Below, piece by piece: positions 57,101 through 64,000 of a stretch of 64,000 bases of DNA. Origin of the DNA: an uncultured Muribaculaceae bacterium. Lineage in GTDB: Bacteria > Bacillota_I > Bacilli_A > RF39 > UBA660. The stretch lies in contig CAZPLK010000001.1 of the NCBI GenBank assembly GCA_964587565.1, positions 120,088 through 184,087 on the forward strand, read 5' to 3'. The notes beneath the pieces were generated by a model. The model had not been told where the DNA came from. It did no database searches and saw only the letters and a program-made list of their open reading frames with translations. Each line of letters opens with the position of its first letter. The stretch's first letter is position 1. The translations under genes were made by a program, and so were the position numbers.

Positions 57101-57615
57101 AATCATCTAAAGCTAGTCCAAGAGGAAGTGTTGCACCATTTACCGCAAGTGGAAAACAAGTGGCGAGAAAAGATTTAGCAAGAATGGCACTCGCTTATCC
57201 ACATGTTTATGTTGCGCAAGTAAGTTTGGCAGCAAATCCAATGCAACTAATTCGGGCTTTTAACGAAGCAGCACAGCATAATGGACCATCAATAGTTATT
57301 GCTTATACGCCATGTATAGCACATGGAATTAAAGGTGGAATGTCAAATAGTTTAGAAAATGAAAAAGCAGCGACAAAATCAGGTTATTTTCCAATTTTCA
57401 GATATAACCCTAAAACTGAAGTATTTACTTTAGATAGCAAGAATGTTGACTTTGATATGTATGAGGATTTCTTAAATACACAAAGGAGATACACAGTTTT
57501 AAAAAAAGTAAATCCAAAACAGGCCCAAGAATTACTAACTGCCCAAAAAGAAGATTCTATTAAAAAATTTGAATATTATAAAAATCTTTCAAAATTAGAA
57601 AAAACTATCGAATGA
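54181..57615 (+). CDS. nifJ: Pyruvate:ferredoxin (flavodoxin) oxidoreductase, single-polypeptide type
   Basis: 1144 aa. N-terminal IDGNEA...YPITPSS, two CxxCxxCxxxCP motifs, and a TPP-binding GGDGWAYDIG...NTGGQ region. Confidence 0.95.
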   Translation: MKKKLTIDGNEACTISAYAFTEVAGIYPITPSSPMAELMDTWSNEGKLNLFNDTVKVVEMQSEAGAAGMVHGSLQAGLLTTTFTSSQGLLLMIPNIYKMVGEMLPGVIHVAARSISTQALSIFGDHQDIYATRQTGITMLASSSVQDVAYLSAIAHLVAIKSSLPVMHFFDGFRTSHELQKIDTLDVGTYCKLIDKEAVRKFRQRALKPNKAITRGTAQNDDIYFQAVEVRNKFHDKVPFIVNEYMEKINEIAGTNYLPFNYYGSENAENIIVAMGSVTETIKETIDYLNNLDYNIGLIEVHLYRPFSSKHLLNVLPKTVKKIAVLDRTKEPGSIGEPLYLDVVAALKGKDISIVGGRYGLSSKNTTPRQIKAVYDMLSAELKHNFTIGIEDDVTNLSLEVEEDFTITNAREFVIYGYGSDGMVTAAQSIIKIVGDNTNKYVQGYFQYDSKKSGGVTVGHLRFCDNSIRATYYVEKPELVVVTKDSYLNDFKVIHNIANDGTFILATSKTDEDVQKLLTKEMKQIINERNIKFYIINAYELARKVGLQNRISTIMQTAIMKVTNIVDYNLAIKEMKQMVADTFALRGNNIVEANYDAIDSVEQYLKKIEVNMDNNREEKNHVFDGVFEAMSRREGDLLPTSAFLTNPDGTFEGGTTAFEKRAISDVVPRWISNNCIQCAQCSFVCPHAVIRPFHLSEEEYEKAPDYIKERCIKPIEKHLQEYYFIISVSVKDCTGCRLCINVCPGRGGQKALVPKDLTGEIKNYEQDIADYLFNNISDKNLLPNTSIKGTQLKEPKFSFSGACAGCGETAYIKLLTQLFGDQMIIANATGCSSIYGASAPSMPYTVPWASSLFEDNAEYGYGILVASDVMRNRIRKIMTDNLDGVNKEWFSKWLENYDDFKITKEVYENINYDKAPKELIELKDYIKSRVIWTIGGDGWAYDIGFGGIDHVLASNDNVNILVLDSQVYSNTGGQSSKASPRGSVAPFTASGKQVARKDLARMALAYPHVYVAQVSLAANPMQLIRAFNEAAQHNGPSIVIAYTPCIAHGIKGGMSNSLENEKAATKSGYFPIFRYNPKTEVFTLDSKNVDFDMYEDFLNTQRRYTVLKKVNPKQAQELLTAQKEDSIKKFEYYKNLSKLEKTIE

Positions 57616-57626
57616 TAGTTTTTTTG
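57601..57626 (+). terminator. Rho-independent terminator after PFOR
   Basis: AAAACTATC-gaat-GATAGTTTT followed by a T run. Overlaps the stop codon. Confidence 0.7.
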
Positions 57627-57672
57627 TTTAAAAATGTCATATTAGGACAAAATAAAAACACGGAGGATTAAT

Positions 57673-58143
57673 ATGACTAAAAAAATAATTTCAATATTTT
57701 TAATCTTTATTTTAATAAATATATTAATTGTTTTTAAAAATAATAAAAACACTGAAACTGTATTTTCAGAAATAACTACTAATAATTATGATATATACAA
57801 TCTTGATGTAAACGAATTATACATAAGTACAAAAAATTTAACAAACGTAATATATAATCCTAATATAAAAATAATAGGAATTACTCCAAAAATAAATAAT
57901 ATATTAGATAAAAAAATTTTAAGACAAAACAATTATTATTCATTCAAAAAACATGAAATAAAAGAAAATGTTTTAGATTTTGAAAAACAATTTAAAATTT
58001 TATTACAAAAAAAAGGGCTAAGCGACGAGATAGAAAAAATCAACTTAAATGGTGTAAAACTAAGCAAAATAAAAATATATTCATCGCATAGTGATGTTAA
58101 GGCTTTAGTAAAACAACATCCCAAAATAAAAATAAACAGTTGA
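57673..58143 (+). CDS. Hypothetical membrane-anchored protein, 156 aa
   Basis: GGAGGA SD and an N-terminal TM helix. No family recognised. Confidence 0.4.
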   Translation: MTKKIISIFLIFILINILIVFKNNKNTETVFSEITTNNYDIYNLDVNELYISTKNLTNVIYNPNIKIIGITPKINNILDKKILRQNNYYSFKKHEIKENVLDFEKQFKILLQKKGLSDEIEKINLNGVKLSKIKIYSSHSDVKALVKQHPKIKINS

Positions 58144-58194
58144 AGTAGTTGTCAAATAATTTAAATAATAGTATAATGAATTTGGGTGATTTGT

Positions 58195-58611
58195 ATGATG
58201 TATATTTGGCTTGCAATAGTTATTTTATTAATAGTTGTTGAAATAATGACTGTTGATTTAACTACTATTTGGTTTGTTACAAGTGCCTTAATTTCATTAA
58301 TTTTAACTTTTTTCATAAAAAGTTTTGCCATTCAAGTAATTGTTTTTCTAATACTTGGTGTTATACTTTTAATAACGACACGTTCAACTTTAGTAAAATT
58401 AATTACTAATATTAGGCATAAAAAAGATGTGAACTATTTAGTTGGTATGCGTGGGCAAGTTATTTCTTTAGTTAGTCAAGATCAAATTGGTGAAGTAAAA
58501 ATAGATGGAAAAATTTGGTTGGCTTATGCTGATGAATTAATTGATATAAACACTTATGTAACAGTAGTTGAAATAAATGAAAATAAAATTAAAGTTTCGA
58601 AAGATGATTAA
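58195..58611 (+). CDS. NfeD-family membrane protein, orphan paralogue
   Basis: Clear paralogue of 35830-36246 (VDLTTIWFVTSALISL / INLTTIWFIVSSLVVL; GMRGQVIS...VKIDGKIWLAYAD). No SPFH gene is adjacent. Confidence 0.75.
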   Translation: MMYIWLAIVILLIVVEIMTVDLTTIWFVTSALISLILTFFIKSFAIQVIVFLILGVILLITTRSTLVKLITNIRHKKDVNYLVGMRGQVISLVSQDQIGEVKIDGKIWLAYADELIDINTYVTVVEINENKIKVSKDD

Positions 58612-58711
58612 AAAGGATCAATTAATATTGGTCATTTTTTGTTTACATTAAACCTCTATAAAAACTTTACTATATAACGAAAAAAAGATATAATAAAGGC
58701 ATGGTGATTTT

Positions 58712-59446
58712 ATGAAAATAAAAAACATAAATATAAATTATACTATATATGGCAATGAATTAGGCCAGTCAATAGTTTTTCTACACGGGTGGGGCCAAAA
58801 TATTGAAATGATGAAGCCACTTGCTAACTTATTAAAAAAAGATTATAAAATTATAATAATTGATTTGCCAGGTCATGGTAAGAGTGATGAACCTAATTAT
58901 CCATGGACTGTAAATGACTATAAAGAAGCAATTAAAGAATTGTTAACAAAGTTAAATATAAATAAGCCAACACTAGTAGGACATTCATTTGGTGGTAAAA
59001 TCAGTTTACTTTATGCAAGTGAGTATGAAATTAACAAATTAATTGTATTAGGTAGTCCATTTAAAGCTAACACTAAAAATAAGACGCTTAAAACAAAAGT
59101 TTTAAAATTTTTAAAAAAAGTTCCTATTATCAATAAATTTGAAGAATTTGCAAAAAAAAGAATAGGCTCAACAGATTACAAAAATGCTACACCGATTATG
59201 AGACAAGTACTTGTAAACACTGTCAATCATGATATAACAGAAAACATTAAAAAAATAAAAAATCCAACATTAATTATTTGGGGTAATTTAGACGAAGCTG
59301 TCCCTTTAAACGACGCTTATGAGTTAGAAAGTTTGATAGATGATTCAGCAGTAGTTGTATTAGAAAATGGGAGTCATTACGCATATTTAGAAAATGTTAA
59401 TCAAGTAGCAAACATGATAAAAAGTTTAGTAGGAGGCAATTTATGA
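58712..59446 (+). CDS. Alpha/beta-fold hydrolase
   Basis: HGWG oxyanion region, nucleophile elbow GHSFGG, and a C-terminal His (GSHYAYLE). Confidence 0.75.
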   Translation: MKIKNININYTIYGNELGQSIVFLHGWGQNIEMMKPLANLLKKDYKIIIIDLPGHGKSDEPNYPWTVNDYKEAIKELLTKLNINKPTLVGHSFGGKISLLYASEYEINKLIVLGSPFKANTKNKTLKTKVLKFLKKVPIINKFEEFAKKRIGSTDYKNATPIMRQVLVNTVNHDITENIKKIKNPTLIIWGNLDEAVPLNDAYELESLIDDSAVVVLENGSHYAYLENVNQVANMIKSLVGGNL

Positions 59447-61044
59447 ATACTATAACTTTCATAATATTAAATGTACCTATAATGTTTTATTTAATATTAA
59501 GAACAAAAACATCACTTCATATGTTGCAACAAAATTGGTATAACGAAGCAAATAGATATGTAACGTGGATTAAAAACAACATTAATAAAGCGTTTAATTT
59601 TAATGAATTATTAATTGTTGCATTGTTAATAATTGGATTTTACATAAATAAATTAAATGTGTTAATAATTTATTCATTTATATATTTATTAATTGGAATA
59701 ATATATTTTAATGAATTAAAACATGAACAAACTAAAAAACCATTAGTAATTACTAAACGAATTAGAAGGTTAATTTGTACTATATTAATTTTATATTGTA
59801 TCCCATATTTAATTTATATTTTAAAGTTTAAAGATGTGCTAAAATTTTTAACATTTTATAAATTTACAACATTCATAATGGTTTTTGTAAATTTCCTTAT
59901 AATTTGGTTAGCTAATATAATAAATAAACCTATAGAAAAACAAGTTTTCTTTTATTATAAAAGACAAGCTATTAAAAAGTTAAAAAACATGAACAAAATG
60001 AAAGTTATAGGTATAACAGGTAGTTATGGTAAAACTAGTAGTAAAAATATATTAAACGATATATTAAATGTTAAGTTTAACTCTTTTGCTACACCTCAAA
60101 ATTTTAATACAACTTATGGTTTAATTAATTCAGTAAACAATTATTTAGACAAATTTAGTGATGTGTTTATAGCAGAAATGGGTGCCTTTCGTATAGGTGA
60201 TATTGAAGAAATTTGTGATTTGATGAAACCCCAATATGGTATATTAACTAAAATAGGAGTTGCTCATTTAGAAACTTTTGGAAATATTGAAAATGTTGCT
60301 AAAGGAAAATTTGAATTAATTGAATCATTACCTAAAGATGGTATTGCTGTATTAAATATGGATGACGAGTATCAAGTAAATTATAATTTAAAAAATACAT
60401 GTAAAACATTATGGTTAGGTATTGATAATAAGAATGGAGATATTTACGCTGATAATATAAAGCTATCTCACAAAGGAACATCATTTGATGTTTATTTCAA
60501 AGATGATAAAAAAGCATATAAATTTGAAACAAAATTATTAGGAAAAGCTAATATATATAATGTTTTGGCAGCTATATTGCTTGGTAAAGAATTAGGACTC
60601 ACAGTTGAACAGCTTCAATTAGGGGTAAAGTTAGTTAATACAATACCTCATCGTTTAGAATTAAAGAAATATGGTAATATTAATATTATAGATGATGCAT
60701 ATAATTCAAATCCAATTGGAGCACAGATGGCACTTGAAGTATTAAATATGATGCCTGGTAAAAAAATAATTATAACACCTGGTATGGTTGATTTAGGAAA
60801 AGAGCAATACAACTTAAACAAACAATTTGGAAAAAGTATTGCATCTGTTGCTGATGAAGTAATATTAATTGGTGAAGAACAAACAAAACCAATTTATGAG
60901 GGATTAATTAAAAAAAGGTATAATAAAAAGAAAATTCATATATTAAACGATATAAAAGATGCATTTAAATTGCTCAATAAATTGCAAGATAAAGAAACTT
61001 ATGTTTTAATAGAAAACGATTTACCTGATATATTTAACGAATAG
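59443..61044 (+). CDS. murF: MurF-like Mur ligase with an N-terminal polytopic membrane domain
   Basis: The first ~190 aa are hydrophobic helices (TM-like). They are followed by the Mur ligase core GITGSYGKTSSK, a central domain, and a C-terminal DDAYNSNP motif. Followed by ddl. Confidence 0.7.
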   Translation: MNTITFIILNVPIMFYLILRTKTSLHMLQQNWYNEANRYVTWIKNNINKAFNFNELLIVALLIIGFYINKLNVLIIYSFIYLLIGIIYFNELKHEQTKKPLVITKRIRRLICTILILYCIPYLIYILKFKDVLKFLTFYKFTTFIMVFVNFLIIWLANIINKPIEKQVFFYYKRQAIKKLKNMNKMKVIGITGSYGKTSSKNILNDILNVKFNSFATPQNFNTTYGLINSVNNYLDKFSDVFIAEMGAFRIGDIEEICDLMKPQYGILTKIGVAHLETFGNIENVAKGKFELIESLPKDGIAVLNMDDEYQVNYNLKNTCKTLWLGIDNKNGDIYADNIKLSHKGTSFDVYFKDDKKAYKFETKLLGKANIYNVLAAILLGKELGLTVEQLQLGVKLVNTIPHRLELKKYGNINIIDDAYNSNPIGAQMALEVLNMMPGKKIIITPGMVDLGKEQYNLNKQFGKSIASVADEVILIGEEQTKPIYEGLIKKRYNKKKIHILNDIKDAFKLLNKLQDKETYVLIENDLPDIFNE

Positions 61045-61054
61045 GAGTGGTATT

Positions 61055-62239
61055 ATGAAAATAAAGTTAGGTGTTATTTTTGGTGGTGAAACTGTTGAAC
61101 ATGAAATAAGTATAATTTCTGCTGTTCAGGCAATGAAACATATTGATACTGAAAAATATGAAATTATACCAATATATATTACTAAAGATCGCACATGGTA
61201 TACTGGTAAAATGTTAATGGATATAAGTGTATATAATGATTTTGATTTTTTAAAAAGATATGCTAAAAAAGTTGTATTGTACAATAAAAAGGGGCGCTTT
61301 ATTTTACAAACATTAGGAATTTTCAAACGTGAATTAGTAGAGTTAGATATTGTGTTCCCAATAATGCATGGTAATAATACTGAAGATGGTTCAATACAAG
61401 GCTATTTACAAACAGTTGGTATTCCTTATGTAGGCAGTAAAGTTTTAGGTTCAGCAATTGGTCAAGACAAAGTTATAATAAAAAAGTTATTAAATTCTGC
61501 TAAATTACCAACAGTACCATACACATGGTTTTATGATATGAGTTATTATAGTGAAAAAGATAAAATTATAAAAGCAATTAAAAATTTAGGATATCCCGTA
61601 ATAGTGAAGCCTGCAACATTAGGTAGTAGTGTTGGAATTTCAATCGCTAAATCCGAAAATGAAATTGAACAGGCTATAAGTGAAGCTATTAAATACGATA
61701 CTAAAATATTAGTTGAAAAAGTAGTTGAAAACTTAACAGAAGTTAATTGTAGTGTATTAGGAGATCATAATTATCAAGAAACGAGTATCATCGAAGAAGT
61801 AATAAGTACAGAAGAATTTTTATCGTATACTGATAAATACATTGGTAAAGGTAAAGGGAAATCAACTAAAGGAATGGTGGCAATGAATAGAATAATACCT
61901 GCTAGAATCGATAATGAAATATTTGTTGAAGTTCAACATTTAGCAAAAGAAACTTTTAAAATTTTGAATTTAAGTGGTGTTGCACGAATTGACTTTTTAA
62001 TTGACAATAAAACAAATAACATATATATTAACGAACCAAATACGATCCCGGGATCATTATCATTTTATTTATGGGAAAAAACAAATAAGACATATGCACA
62101 GTTACTAGATGATATGATATCTCTTGCAATTAAAGATTTTAAGGCAAGAAACAAAAAAATATATTCATTTGAAACAAACATTTTGAGCAGTTTCAATGGT
62201 TTAAAAGGTGGAAAAGGAATTAAGGGAATTAAAGGATAA
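61055..62239 (+). CDS. ddl: D-alanine-D-alanine ligase
   Basis: GVIFGGETVEHEISIISA N-terminus, ATP-grasp motifs (GYPVIVKPATLGSSVGIS, ARIDFLI, INEPNTIPG). Gly/Lys-rich C-terminal tail. Confidence 0.9.
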   Translation: MKIKLGVIFGGETVEHEISIISAVQAMKHIDTEKYEIIPIYITKDRTWYTGKMLMDISVYNDFDFLKRYAKKVVLYNKKGRFILQTLGIFKRELVELDIVFPIMHGNNTEDGSIQGYLQTVGIPYVGSKVLGSAIGQDKVIIKKLLNSAKLPTVPYTWFYDMSYYSEKDKIIKAIKNLGYPVIVKPATLGSSVGISIAKSENEIEQAISEAIKYDTKILVEKVVENLTEVNCSVLGDHNYQETSIIEEVISTEEFLSYTDKYIGKGKGKSTKGMVAMNRIIPARIDNEIFVEVQHLAKETFKILNLSGVARIDFLIDNKTNNIYINEPNTIPGSLSFYLWEKTNKTYAQLLDDMISLAIKDFKARNKKIYSFETNILSSFNGLKGGKGIKGIKG

Positions 62240-62294
62240 CATTCCCTTTTTTATTGCGTTTTTTAAAATATTATTGTATAATATTATTACATTT

Positions 62295-62371
62295 GGACGA
62301 TTAGCTCAGTTGGTTAGAGTGCTACGTTGACATCGTAGAGGTCACAGGTTCAAGTCCTGTATTGTCCACCA
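62295..62371 (+). tRNA. tRNA-Val (anticodon GAC), CCA encoded
   Basis: The cloverleaf folds by hand. Acceptor GGACGAT/ATTGTCC, D-arm GCTC/GAGT, anticodon stem CTACG/CGTAG with loop TTGACAT, T-arm ACAGG-TTCAAGT-CCTGT, then A-CCA. Confidence 0.9.
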
Positions 62372-62381
62372 TTATAAAAAC

Positions 62382-62408
62382 AAACCCTTGATTTACAAGG
62401 GTTTTATT
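62382..62408 (+). terminator. Rho-independent terminator after tRNA-Val
   Basis: AAACCCTTG-attta-CAAGGGTTT followed by TATT. Confidence 0.7.
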
Positions 62409-62630
62409 ATTCGCAAGTGTAATTAGATACTAAATTATCCATTGTTTCTTTTTATTGTATTTGTGTTATGAACCATTTTTAGTATATTGCTTAACAATAA
62501 AATGTATTATGTTATAAATTATTTATATGAGCGATTTTGAAAAAACAAATAATATACTATCAATAAAGTGTGAATTTGTAACACTTTATTTTTAACAATT
62601 TTCATGTTATATTTATAGTGGTGATAATTA

Positions 62631-63326
62631 ATGAAAAAGGAATATATTAGTATTGATGATAAAGTAATTATTTCAAAAGATAATGAAATTTTAGAAATGA
62701 AAAAATATAATAATAATATAAAAAAAATTATAAACACCGAAAATAAAATAGACGGATTAAAAAGAGATATAAAACACACACAAGAACAAATAAATTCTGC
62801 TATAAGTGTTGTAAAGAGATTAAGTAAAGTACTGCCTTTTGCCTTCCTTTTTTGGACATCATTACTTTTAATTTCATATGTCGCAGGTAGTACTGTTGCT
62901 ACATCCATCAAAGATTGTTTTTTAATTGGTTTTTTATATTCAAGCATTACTAATATAACAGGTGCTGTTTTAAGTTTTTACGCTAACCAAGAAATAAAAA
63001 AATATAAACAATTATTAAACAAACAGAAAATGGAATTACAATATAATAAAGATTTTAAAATTGAACTAGAAAAAATTAATAACAAATATAATACGAAACA
63101 AGATAATATTGAAGTTTTAGATTTAGACCAATTAAAAAGATATCGTGCAAAAATAATTGCTGAACATCATTATGAAATAAATAAAGAAAAAATAAATAAA
63201 TTACATAAGAAGAATAAATTAAGAAAAAATTATTTAATTGATGAAATTCATAAAGAATATGTATACGAAGAATTGGAAAGTTTGGTAAATAAACCTAAAA
63301 TTAAAGTGAAAACAATAAACAATTAA
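62631..63326 (+). CDS. Hypothetical coiled-coil / two-TM membrane protein
   Basis: GGTGAT SD. 231 aa with two central TM helices flanked by Lys-rich coiled-coil-like segments. Preferred over the overlapping antisense ORF 62519-62947. Confidence 0.5.
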   Translation: MKKEYISIDDKVIISKDNEILEMKKYNNNIKKIINTENKIDGLKRDIKHTQEQINSAISVVKRLSKVLPFAFLFWTSLLLISYVAGSTVATSIKDCFLIGFLYSSITNITGAVLSFYANQEIKKYKQLLNKQKMELQYNKDFKIELEKINNKYNTKQDNIEVLDLDQLKRYRAKIIAEHHYEINKEKINKLHKKNKLRKNYLIDEIHKEYVYEELESLVNKPKIKVKTINN

Positions 63327-63348
63327 ACATTACTTAGTAATGTTTTTT
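63325..63348 (+). terminator. Rho-independent terminator
   Basis: AAACATTAC-tta-GTAATGTTT followed by a T run. Confidence 0.65.
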
Positions 63349-63396
63349 ATTGACAAAAAAAGTAATAAACAATATAATTAGTTATGTTGTCAATAA
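63347..63396 (+). promoter_or_regulatory. SigmaA-type promoter bracketed by a perfect 10-bp inverted repeat
   Basis: TTGACA (63350-63355), 17-nt spacer, TATAAT (63373-63378). TTATTGACAA (63347-63356) / TTGTCAATAA (63387-63396). Confidence 0.5.
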
Positions 63397-63465
63397 TAAG
63401 GAATAACACTACTTTTTTCTTAATACATTTAAAAAGATATAAACAATGTAACTAAGGAGGTTTAT

Positions 63466-64000
63466 ATGTTAGAATTAATAAAAATAAATAAAAGTTATAA
63501 GACGGGTGATTTTAAGCAAGAAGCACTTAAAAATTTAACATTGAAATTTAGAGAGAAAGAATTTGTAGCAATATTAGGTCCAAGCGGTAGTGGTAAAACA
63601 ACTTTGTTAAACATAATAGGTGGTTTAGATAGATACAATAGTGGCGATTTAATAATTAATGGTAAATCAACTAAAATGTTTAAAGAAGTAGAATGGGACG
63701 CATACAGAAATAATTGCATTGGTTTTGTATTTCAAAATTATAATTTGATTAGCCATATATCAGTGCTACAAAATGTTGAAATGGGAATGACTTTAAGTGG
63801 GGTTTCATCTAAAAAAAGACGTAAAAAAGCTATTGAATTGCTTGAAAAAGTTGGTTTGAAAGAGCATATGAATAAAAAACCAAATCAATTATCTGGTGGT
63901 CAAATGCAAAGAGTAGCCATAGCAAGAGCACTTGCAAATAATCCAGATATTATTTTGGCAGATGAACCTACCGGGGCACTAGATTCAACTACAAGTATTC
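63466..64000 (+). CDS. ABC transporter ATP-binding protein (MacB/FtsE-like class), 3' end outside the window
   Basis: ATG 63466 follows an [32 protein letters not shown] and ILADEPTGALD. The frame is still open at the window end, so it is absent from the track. Confidence 0.85.
   Translation, partial: MLELIKINKSYKTGDFKQEALKNLTLKFREKEFVAILGPSGSGKTTLLNIIGGLDRYNSGDLIINGKSTKMFKEVEWDAYRNNCIGFVFQNYNLISHISVLQNVEMGMTLSGVSSKKRRKKAIELLEKVGLKEHMNKKPNQLSGGQMQRVAIARALANNPDIILADEPTGALDSTTSI

Noticed and set aside
62170-62239. Gly/Lys-rich C-terminal tail of Ddl (NGLKGGKGIKGIKG).
   Set aside because: It is a short low-complexity extension ending at a terminator. It cannot be distinguished from a neutral tail without comparative data.
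62519-62947. 142-aa minus-strand ORF overlapping the 62631-63326 + ORF.
   Set aside because: The + ORF has a GGTGAT SD, a terminator after its stop, and follows the strand bias of the window. The minus ORF has no SD and looks like a hydrophobic shadow frame.
62295-63326. tRNA-Val followed by unknown genes, considered as a possible genomic-island integration site.
   Set aside because: No integrase or recombinase is present. I could see no direct repeat of the tRNA 3' end downstream, and there is no obvious composition change.
1-64000. CRISPR arrays, IS elements or transposases, prophage genes, toxin-antitoxin or known defence systems, rRNA genes.
   Set aside because: The window was scanned by eye on both strands. 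No regularly spaced repeats, no transposase, integrase or phage-like ORFs and no rRNA-like sequence were found.

Overview
This is a very AT-rich chromosomal segment (judged by eye, not computed) from an endospore-forming, anaerobic Firmicute, Clostridia- or Erysipelotrichia-like. It uses the standard genetic code: TGA serves as a stop codon and prfB is present. There are about 65 genes, and all but murT-gatD lie on the + strand.

Contents in order:
- yutD, prfB (with its programmed +1 frameshift) and ftsEX
- a P-type ATPase and a ZIP transporter
- a LexA-box-controlled Y-family polymerase, tex, a PBP5-type carboxypeptidase and an ABC-F protein
- an rnf operon
- T-box-controlled pheST
- murT-gatD
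- the yqfC-yqfD-ybeY-dgkA-cdd-era-yqzL-recO block
- a Gly T-box followed by a LOG-like gene and glyQS
- nfeD/SPFH, sepF-divIVA and T-box-controlled ileS
- a sporulation-rich stretch: sigK, spoIIAA-sigF, spoVAC-AD-AEb
- PFOR, murF-ddl, tRNA-Val and a partial ABC ATPase

No transposase, integrase, CRISPR array or recognisable defence gene was seen.

Most unusual content:
1. Three large genes encode class-III (type IV pilin-like) signal peptides fused to lectin-like, Ig-like or Fn3 modules. They are interleaved with the sporulation loci, and no pilus machinery lies in the window. One of them sits directly behind spoVAEb with no terminator, downstream of a sigmaG-type promoter.
2. The spoIIA operon has no spoIIAB, and its SpoIIAA lacks the phosphorylatable serine.
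3. The rnf operon has an RnfD-RnfG fusion, two translationally coupled micro-ORFs, and a 90-aa RnfB that lacks ferredoxin domains.
4. An ABC-F protein has one composite ATP site that is coherently degenerate.
5. The glycine T-box leader is atypically compact.

All family assignments come from motif recognition by eye. No searches were run.
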